A stretch of 63,779 bases of DNA, the filler included, from Cercozoa sp. M6MM (Eukaryota; Protista; Endomyxa: Ascetosporea): NCBI GenBank assembly GCA_040357565.1. It is 9 parts of 9 records of this genome, joined end to end, with 100 filler letters (N's around TTAATTAATTAA, not from the genome) between each part and the next. Parts side by side here need not be neighbours in the genome. Positions count along the whole stretch, not along the records: positions 1 to 20,201 come from JBDODJ010000200.1; positions 20,302 to 39,620 come from JBDODJ010000212.1; 7 more parts are not named here. One strand, given 5' to 3'. This document shows positions 11,984-20,375 of this stretch, piece by piece (the stretch's first letter is position 1; every line of letters begins with the position of its first letter). Below the pieces are notes generated by a model. It worked only from the letters and a program-made list of their open reading frames with translations. It did no database searches and was not told the DNA's origin. A program made the translations under genes and the position numbers.

Positions 11984-12976
11984 CGCACCTTTAATATACG
12001 CCCCTTAGCACCCCCTAAAAGTATAATCTCCTTGTAGCCTACTTTGTCGGAAAGCAACTAGCCGATGCTGTGGTACGTTTGTCCCATTGTGAATCTCGAA
12101 CTGAGATCAGTTGCTGTTTGCTAACTGGTCCACATACGATGACTTAGGTCTATGCGTGGACATTGCCGTTGGTCTTTGCGCTGTGCGTGTATCTGTACGT
12201 GTGGCCCAACACGACCTTTCTCTTCTACTACGCCTTTGTCGCTCTGGTACCAGAGGCAGTTTGTTAAGGCGGAGGTTTGTGAACTTCCTTTTTTTGTGAA
12301 GGCTGCGTTCTGGGGTGCTTCGGTCGGACAGTTCTGCAGCGTGGCCTTCTCGCACTCGATCGGCGCCATGCTGACTTGCGTAGCTTCGTTGTTCTTGCAG
12401 AAGTTTGGGCCAGTCGTACTTTACCTCCATATTGTAGGTGATCACAGTGTCAGCCAATTTGCCGTTTGGTGGTGTGCTGCCGTACTGGCGCAAGATGGTA
12501 CAGCAACAAGTTAGTTTGTCTGTCTGGGACTTGGTATTACTTGTCGGTGTTGCGCAGGCCTTCTGGCAAAAGGCAGCTGGTCAGGTCTCGCTGTCGCATC
12601 ACTTCGTCAATGCACTTTTCATTGTAAGTACACGACACACAAGATGCTGTGTGTCAGTGTGACCGGTGTGTCTGTGTCTGCAGGAGGAGTCGCATTCTTT
12701 CTCGCACACGGGCGCTGCCAGTGCACGTGCGATCATTGGTTACCACACCTCCGAGGTAGCCTGTCGATCTACTCGGGGTAGCAGTTTCTGTTACTTTCGG
12801 TTTGTGTAGATGTGGCAACACGTGACGTTCCCACTTCTCGCCGCTCTGGGTACCCTTTGGTTAGACAAACCTTGTGAGAATGTCGGATGTGTGTTTGTGG
12901 AACAGGCGTGCGTTTGTTGACCTTTATGGTGCTGCGACAGCGCGCACGCTCCAAGACGCATGCCGTGCTCGTTTAG
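8536..12976 (+). CDS. ABCG-family half transporter (N-terminal TM, NBD, TMD), about 30 introns
   Basis: Walker A GESGAGKST, Q-loop GYVPQYDVLFEELTVYENL, signature ISGGQRKRVNIGVELV, Walker B/D-loop VMDEPTSGLD, H-loop VVHQPR, then hydrophobic TM exons. A full open frame was reconstructed with GT-AG introns. Confidence 0.93.
9032..9193. repeat. (CA)n/(CACAGA)n intronic microsatellite
   Basis: Direct reading; inside ABCG intron 4. Confidence 0.95.
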
Positions 12977-13270
12977 ACCGAGCAGCTGCGTTCACATTTT
13001 GTTTGAAAGAGGACTGCTCTCGCTAATCGCACACGTCCCCTGTACACTACGACAGATGGCGTAGCAGTCGTTCCGTTAACGTATAATAAGGCTTGACTGA
13101 AATCGGACCATCTATTACGGGGTACGAAAAACTCGACTACGAAAAGTCAGCTGGCCGGACTGTCTCTAAAGTGCGTTGAACGAACGGAAACTAAACCAGG
13201 TACTTTGCAGTGTATGTACAGCGAGGCGAGGAAAGACGATAGATGATACAAACAAAAAAGACAAACGGCA

Positions 13271-14369
13271 TCACCGCCTGATGCGCGAGGGCTGCAGTGC
13301 GAAGGTTTCAGCTTCCTGCGGTTCGTTCTTGACGCCACTGCCGTCGGCGGTTTCGTCTTGCGCGGCATCGCCCACCAGCGCTCGTGCAGCACTAGACAGC
13401 ACGGATGAAATGTTCTTTTTGCCCCCACCCCCCCCCCCCCTCCAGCAGAGACACACCTGTCTCCAAGTTCGCGTTTGCGGCGGTACTGCGCCAGTGCTGG
13501 TCGCAGTCGTTTGCGCCACACCACCTCGGCCTCAGCAAGCGATCGGACGCCCGTGATGACGCACTTGCCCGACGCAAACACCAGTGCATTCGAGCTGGGA
13601 CTACCGGGGAGATAACTGGGGATAACTGGGGGGAGGGGGGTAAGGAGGTAAGATTAAGGTGCCGCTACTTGCGTGTACGAAGCTGGAGCGCCGGTGAAAG
13701 TTCGGGCTCATAGGACGCGTCGCTGGGCCGATCGTACGCGAGGCCCTGTAGCCACACGGGCGCGCCAAAGTGCGCCGCACAAATCACATTCGTCACGCGG
13801 AAACTCCCGAACTTTACTGGGAAACTCTGGGCACGGGGGGGGGGGNNNNNNNNNNNNNNNNNNNNNNNNNNNNNNNNNNNNNNNNNNNNNNNNNNNNNNN
13901 NNNNNNNNNNNNNNNNNNNNNNNNNNNNNNNNNNNNNNNNNNNNNCCCCCCCCCCCCCAAGAGTAGAGCGCACGATGAGCTTGCCGCTGCGGAAGACGAG
14001 AGCCGTGGCACGCGGCTGCCGGATGCGCAGGATGGCCGACGTGTGTCGCTGCGGGTCATACTCGACGTTCTTGGCGCGCAGCACTCTGCGCATACACTAG
14101 ATATATCTATATACTATATACATATTCTATCTACTATATACTTATACATATGTACTATATATAGAGATATAGTAGAGGTACAGCGTCTCCAGCGAGATCG
14201 TGCACTGAGTGTCGACACGCACCACAAAGTTATGCACTGTGAGCGGCGACGTGTTCTCACGCGTCGAGTCCGACGCGCGCTCCAGCATGTCGCCCAGCGC
14301 CGTCTTGGTGGCCGAGAGACCCACGCTCTGCGCGTCCACCAGACGACTCCTGTCGGCGTCCTGCGACAT
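13271..14369 (-). CDS. Divergent TATA-binding-protein-like factor (100-N gap inside)
   Basis: Repeat 1: VHNFVVRVD..AKNVEYDPQRHTSAILRIRQPRATALVFRSGKLI. Repeat 2: FRVTNVICAAHF..LQGLA..ASYEPELSPALQLRTRNPSSNALVFASGKCVITG. About 45-aa C-terminal tail. Confidence 0.88.
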
Positions 14370-14670
14370 TCTTTTCTGCCCCGCCCCAACAAGACGCCTG
14401 GTCCTCCGCAACCCCTAAATGGCAGACTTAGAGTAATCAAGCAACCGGGAACTCTTGGGCTTCCCAAATCGACACTGTTTCTGAGTGGCTATCAGTGATA
14501 ACGCCGACTTAACTAAATTTCAGTTTTGCCTCAGTTCAACCACAGACAGCTGCGCGAAAGCTTCAGTTCTCAGGCTTCCCAGCAATCAGCTGTCGGCAAA
14601 AGACCCTAAATCCTGTTTTCACCCCTTTTACACCCTTCAGTTGCAACGTCGTAGCAGCCGTCTCACAACA

Positions 14671-16672
14671 ATGTCGTCCGACAAGGTTGGATTTGTCGGT
14701 TTAGTCTCTTGAAAGGTCACGCTAGTGCTTGTAGATCCGTGCTTGGGCCGCTTTTGACGGGAGCGGTGAGTACAAGCGGTGGGAGTACGAGGCACGTCCG
14801 CTGGGCAAGAAGGAGGTGCGCATCCAGATCGTGGCGTGTGCCATTTGCGGCTCGGATGTGCACACGGCTCGCTGCGGCACCGACGGGCACTCTGACTGGG
14901 GCCAGACTACCGTACTGTACAGTAGTGTTGTTTCCTTGCGTTGATTTTGCTTGCTGCCCATTTGCATTTAAACCACTAAACCAGTAGACATCATGCGTAC
15001 AGTACTCTGCATGCTATACCCTCGTTTGAGACATGCTCAGTGGTGGTGGGCCACGAGATCGTGGGTCATGTGAAGGCGGTGGGCGAGGAGGTGACACAAC
15101 TTGCCGTCGGAGACAGAGTCGGCGTCGGTGCGCAGGTGAGCTCGTGTCAGGACTGTGCCAAGTGTCACGAGGACCGCGATGCCTACTGTCCGAGTCGCGT
15201 CTTCACGTACAACTCCGAGTACCCGGCGAGTCACGAGTCGGCGGGTCACAAAACTTACGGAGGCTACGCCGACCAGGTGATTGTGCCAGCAGCCTATACT
15301 TTCAAACTACCTGACGCCATCGACATGCTGGAGGCGGCGCCACTTTTTTGCGCTGGTGTCACTGTGTCTTCGCCTCTGTTCCACTGGTGCTTCTGGCTTT
15401 ACCCCCCATCCTTTCCCTGGTATGACTGTACTTGACCCTACCCTTCCCTCCTGTAGGAAGGCAGGCACGGAGCGTAAGCGCGTCGGCGTCGTTGGCATCG
15501 GCGGACTGGGCCACCTGGCTTTGCAATTTGCTAAGGGTATTGCAGATAGTATGTACTGTACCTGTATGTACTGTACCTGTATGTACTGTACCTGTNNNNN
15601 NNNNNTGTACCTGTATGTACTGTACCTGTATGTACTGTACCTGTATGTACTGGACGGTGAGTAGCAGATTGTACTATATATGTATTAATTTTAAACGTAT
15701 CTTTATGGCCCAGCCTTGGAGTGCGAGGTGACGGCCATCTCTCGCACCGAGGCCAAGAAGCAGCTGTGTCTAACGCGACTCGGTGCCGACCACTTTGTCG
15801 CCATGTCCGACGAGGCGCAAGTCAAGAGTGCCGCCGCTTCGCTGGACCTCTTGCTGTTCACTGCCGATGGCAACAACATGGACTACTTGCCCTACATGGA
15901 CATGCTCGATACTGATGGGTGCATTTCCATGCACACTACTGTAAATTATAAATTTATCAGACATAGTTTGTATAGCATCTGGTACAGTCTATGTAAGTTT
16001 ACACTCTACAGAATACAGTGGCGGTATATAAATTTAGTATTGTGTCTATAGTAGTATAATGTAGTTTGTATAGTGTCTATAGTATGGTGTATATAGTATG
16101 GTGCACCATACTGTATATAGTATAGTGTATATAGTATAGTGTATATAGTATAGTGTATATAGTATAGTACATAGTATAAGTAGTGTATATGGTGTAGTGT
16201 ATATAGTCTGGTGTATATATAGTATTTATAGTAGTGTAAAACGTATAGTGTATATAGTTTAGTGTAGTACAGTCAAGTACAGTTTCGTAGAGCGTATCAA
16301 GTGGAGTATTGAGACAATCTATATCTAAGAATACTGGTACAGTGTCCTCGTAATGCTCGGTGTTCCCGACCATGCCGTGGTGCACACCACGCCAGGACAG
16401 CTCATCTTCGAGCGCAAGAGTATCTCTTCCCCCTTGCCCACCCCCATTTCCCTCCTACCCCCCCCCCCCCGCCCCCCTGCAAACTCGCTGCTGACAAGGG
16501 CATCCGTCCGATCATCGAAAAGCGTCCCATGGTGATTCTCGCTTACAGTACGACACAGTTTAACCCTTACCTCCCCCCTGTGCGGTCGGACGTGAACGCT
16601 GCCACCGAGCACATGCACAATGGCAAGGTGCGCTTCCGCATGGTGCTCGAGAACGACTTTGCCCAAAACTGA
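14671..16672 (+). CDS. Zn-dependent medium-chain alcohol dehydrogenase (cinnamyl-ADH / yeast ADH6-like)
   Basis: ICGSDVH, VVGHEIVG, GDRVGVG, structural-Zn C-x2-C-x2-C-x7-C, GGYAD, APLFCAGVT, GIGGLGH, C-terminal GKVRFRMVL. Three splice junctions are anomalous (see findings). Confidence 0.92.
15549..15651. repeat. (GTATGTACTGTACCT)n intronic minisatellite with N gap
   Basis: 15-nt unit repeated on both sides of a 10-N gap in an ADH intron. Confidence 0.9.
16045..16270. repeat. Degenerate TATAGTG/TATAGTA AT-rich intronic satellite
   Basis: Inside the ~420-nt ADH intron. Confidence 0.85.
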
Positions 16673-17734
16673 AATGAAACTACCGACTCGGTAGTGTGAA
16701 ACGCTTGGCCAGTTCATTACTATCTTGCCGGCACCGTCGACTTTGCCAACCCGAGCTGTTTTCTCGGCTCAATGAGAATTTTTCTCGTTTCGGCCGAGTC
16801 AAATGCTTGCTCTGCCCACAGAAGGCGTGTTTTAACTGTAAGGTTTTAGAATTGCTCGCCTGCCGGAAAAGGCCTACAGTTCAAAAATGCTTCTAGACCG
16901 TTTCGAGTTGTTTGGCGGTTGTGTAGAGGATTGGTCACCCGGCAGCGCCACAGACGTTTCTGATCGAGATTGCACAGCGTTCACCCCTCTCACAGATCGC
17001 GTCGAGCAAGCTCAATCGTTCGCCAGCAACACGTTGCCGTTTTACGGCAGACATACGGCGCAGAAGTCGCGCGAAAAATGTGCTTCGGTCGTGCAGTGAT
17101 CGCTACGTGAGGCACGGTTGTGTATCACGCACGCAACACCCGTGCGCTGCTCATCCCCGTCGGCCATCCAGCCCAAGCAACGCGCGCGCAGAAAGCATTG
17201 AGATAGCGCGGGTGCCGCTCGTCGGCGTTTGGGGAATCATATTATCACGAGTATGTTGTGCATTCGTTTTCAAATTGTGATGTCATCGCGCTCTCGCGAT
17301 CGCGGGTGCGCGCTCCCATTTACCCATGCCAGATCGCTGACAGATCGCGCCTGGTTTGCGATCCTTGGTTTGCGATCTCTGCGGGTGCCAATGTTCGTGT
17401 TCCCTGGGTGGCGTTTCGCTGTTTCCCTTGGTGTAACAAGAGCGATCTTGGTGTGTGTGATTGCTCCCATCTTTCGGATTAATCGTGTTGGGATCAATTG
17501 TTACTCTCGCATCCCCCCCCCCCCCCCCAGCGCTTGATTTTCCTGTCCGCTTACGTGCTTGCGCATCTGCGCTAGCTTCTTTCTGAGTTGCCTCAAGCCT
17601 TTGCTTTTCGTAGCACGCACACGGTTAAGGATTTTCAGCAAACCGCGGATCCCGGTACAAAACTCACCGCCAATCATCAGTCGTCGTGCTTGATCTGTGT
17701 TTTATCTTCTGTTCCAGGTTCCCACGCATGGCCA

Positions 17735-17771
17735 ATGATGCCTTCTAACATGCCCACTCGCGAGTGGTTGT

Positions 17772-17823
<52 letters not shown>

Positions 17824-17833
17824 NNNNNNNNNN

Positions 17834-17885
<52 letters not shown>

Positions 17886-19055
17886 GTCTCTGTATTTGTA
17901 TGCATATGTGTGTGACTGATGCAGAGACTGGATGGAGAGGCACCCCGAGATGGAGCAAGTGCGTCAGGACACTGAGTCACCGCCTAGGGTGCCGAACATC
18001 CCAGCGCATCCCACGCAGCAGGTAACTTGTTGCACACGCACCTGTCCATCCTCGTCGTGTGTGCCGTTGGAAAGCTTGTGTGTGTGTGTCTGTGTATGTT
18101 GTGTCTGTGTATGTGTGTCTGTGTCTGTGTCTGTGTCTGTGTGTGTGTTCGCTGGAGTGAGTTGACACCCGACAGACCTTGTGTGTGCGCAGCCTTTACC
18201 GTCGGAAGTGTTGAGGTTAACGCGAATGCTGGCAGGCACGCAAGTCCCGTCGCGCACGCTCCCGACCCGCTCGCGTCCGTTGCCGGCCTCGTTGCGAGTG
18301 AGGCCGCACGTGTCGCTGACTGCCTCCACCGACATGACAGGTGCCGGGCGCCTGCCGCATGTTTTAGACTTTAAATGCCTCGGCTTTGTGTCTTTATGTG
18401 CGCATATGTGTGTGTTTAGTAGCGCCACCGACGCTGCAGGCACCGATTGCGCCGCCAAAGAAAAAGAAAAAGTTTCTCTGCACTCTATGGTACACCAATA
18501 GTTTCTGCTTCTCAGGTTGAGTCTCACATGGCCTATCTTTGTATGTGTGTGTGTTTCTTGTGCGCAGTGACAAGTCCTTCGCACGAAGAACAAATCTCCG
18601 TCGTCACCTCGTAGCTTCAACTTTCGTTTCGATCAATTTCCCTTTCGATCAACTTTCCCTTCACTCTGTTTTAGCCTTGTGAATTGTGCCTTGTGTTCCT
18701 GTTTTTGACAGATGACACATGTCAAATACCGTCCTTGGGTGTGCGGCCACTGCGACCTGCGCTTCACAGAGCGCACGAATGCCCGGCGGCACCTGCAAAA
18801 GCAACACAACATTGAAGAGCCTACCTTGACCGATTTGCCCTTTGACGAAACCCTCGAAGACCCGTACGCTTGTTTGCACTTTCCCTTTCACTTACTTTTC
18901 TTCAAACAACTGAAATAAAACCCACTTTGACAGAACCTTCGAGCTGCTCAAGTGCATGTACGACTTTCTCTAGTTAGTATCTTAACCGTGTGAGAGTTCC
19001 ACATTTGGTTTTCTGTGGTATCGGTCGACAGGGCGCCACCCGACAACCAAGAGTG
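17735..19055 (+). CDS. C2H2 zinc-finger transcription factor (2 fingers, basic NLS); ends approximate
   Basis: Spliced PPKKKKKFLCTLCDKSFARRTNLRRHLMTHVKYRPWVCGHCDLRFTERTNARRHLQKQH. Confidence 0.85.
17774..17880. repeat. (CT)n intronic microsatellite with N gap
   Basis: Direct reading. Confidence 0.95.
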
Positions 19056-19440
19056 ATTCTTGGCTTTCTCGCTGCGTACATGGCGCTTCCTTCGATTTAT
19101 ACATGCACACACACGCCACAGTGGCACACACGGGCATCGACTTCTCGAGCAATCCGAAGCTGACATCGAGTTTTCGCTCCGCCCCGTCCTTTTTTCTGTC
19201 CCAGTCGGTCCCACACATTGCACGTCGTGACGAGGTCGGCGCGAACGCCCTCCGTTACCCTATTTCATTTAATTCATGATAGTTCCTCTCGACGCGAACT
19301 GCCAAGCACAGCAGAACAGGGCAGCTGGATGGAGACGAGAAAACGGGAGACTGTAGCCACTCAGACTTCAGGAACACTCTTGTTCGACACCAAACGACAG
19401 TTTATATGCCAATAAACTGCCCAGACATCATTGGTGTCGG

Positions 19441-20097
19441 ATGCTGGCCGTATGGCTCGTTTTAATGGTGTTTGGAGGATGCATTGCCGTCGGAGAGGGT
19501 GAAATAAAATAAAATAATACCTGTTTTTGTCCGAGATTCTGTTCTGTTCTGCAGAGTTGTGGTCGGCGTGGCAGCTGCGGCAAGCACTCGATGAGTACAT
19601 GTCTTACGATGAAGTGACGCACTTCCTGCACAGCGTGGCAGCACTGGCGCCCCAGGACACCGACTTGCGCAGCATCGGGCAGACTGAGGAAGGTCGGCAC
19701 CTCTGGGCGCTCTCTGTCGGCACACCTGCTGAGTGAGCACCGTCTCCATATACTATCTGGCATGTCACCCTTCGCTGCATATGTCTGTTTTGGCAGCAAC
19801 GTCAAGCGAGACGAGATTTTGATTGACGCAGCGCAACATGCCAGAGAGTAAATTACCACATTGGACTGTCTTAACCGACAGGGTATTTTGATTTTTGACG
19901 AAAAAACAGGTGGGTAGCACTCCAAACAGCCCTTCGACTCGTGTACGAAACAGTAGTTTTTAAAGAGTCGTCACTGCGTCGTCATTTTCCCGTAGATTCT
20001 TGTGTTTTGGATGCTTTTTTAAATGCTTCGCTCTGTCGACTGAGGAGTGTTCGAACCTGCAGATTGTGCACTTTATTCCTCTGTCGAACCCAGATGG
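19441..20097 (+). CDS. Secreted M14 zinc carboxypeptidase, 3' truncated by contig end
   Basis: Signal peptide MLAVWLVLMVFGGCIA; YMSYDEV..SIGQTEEGRHLW..ILIDAAQHAREW (HxxE motif)..HFIPLSNPDG. Confidence 0.9.
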
Positions 20098-20154
20098 TAC
20101 TTCTCTTCGGGAGGGAACAGAGAACCTGTGCGTGTGCTGGTGTGTGTGTGTGTT

Positions 20155-20201
<47 letters not shown>

Positions 20202-20245
20202 NNNNNNNNNNNNNNNNNNNNNNNNNNNNNNNNNNNNNNNNNNNN

Positions 20246-20257
20246 TTAATTAATTAA
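20246..20257. other. Artificial contig spacer TTAATTAATTAA within Ns (also 39665, 42905, 45404, 52948, 56847, 61380, 62651)
   Basis: Identical six-frame-stop linker flanked by N runs, eight times. Genes are truncated at these points. Confidence 0.97.
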
Positions 20258-20375
20258 NNNNNNNNNNNNNNNNNNNNNNNNNNNNNNNNNNNNNNNNNNN
20301 NGGGGGGGGGGGGATGAGTAAAGGGGTAAAGAGGGGTATGGGGGGAGTAAAGAGGGTAAAGCGGGGGTAAAACAC

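Noticed and set aside
8536-12976. Alternative genetic code / stop-codon reassignment suggested by fragmented ORFs
   Set aside because: ABCG, PIG-A, acylase, CNBP and TBP-like splice into open frames under the standard code. TAA, TAG and TGA all serve as terminal stops.
20202-20301. Recurrent TTAATTAATTAA palindrome in N runs as a biological repeat
   Set aside because: Artificial six-frame-stop linker between contigs. Gene neighbourhoods across these points carry no meaning.
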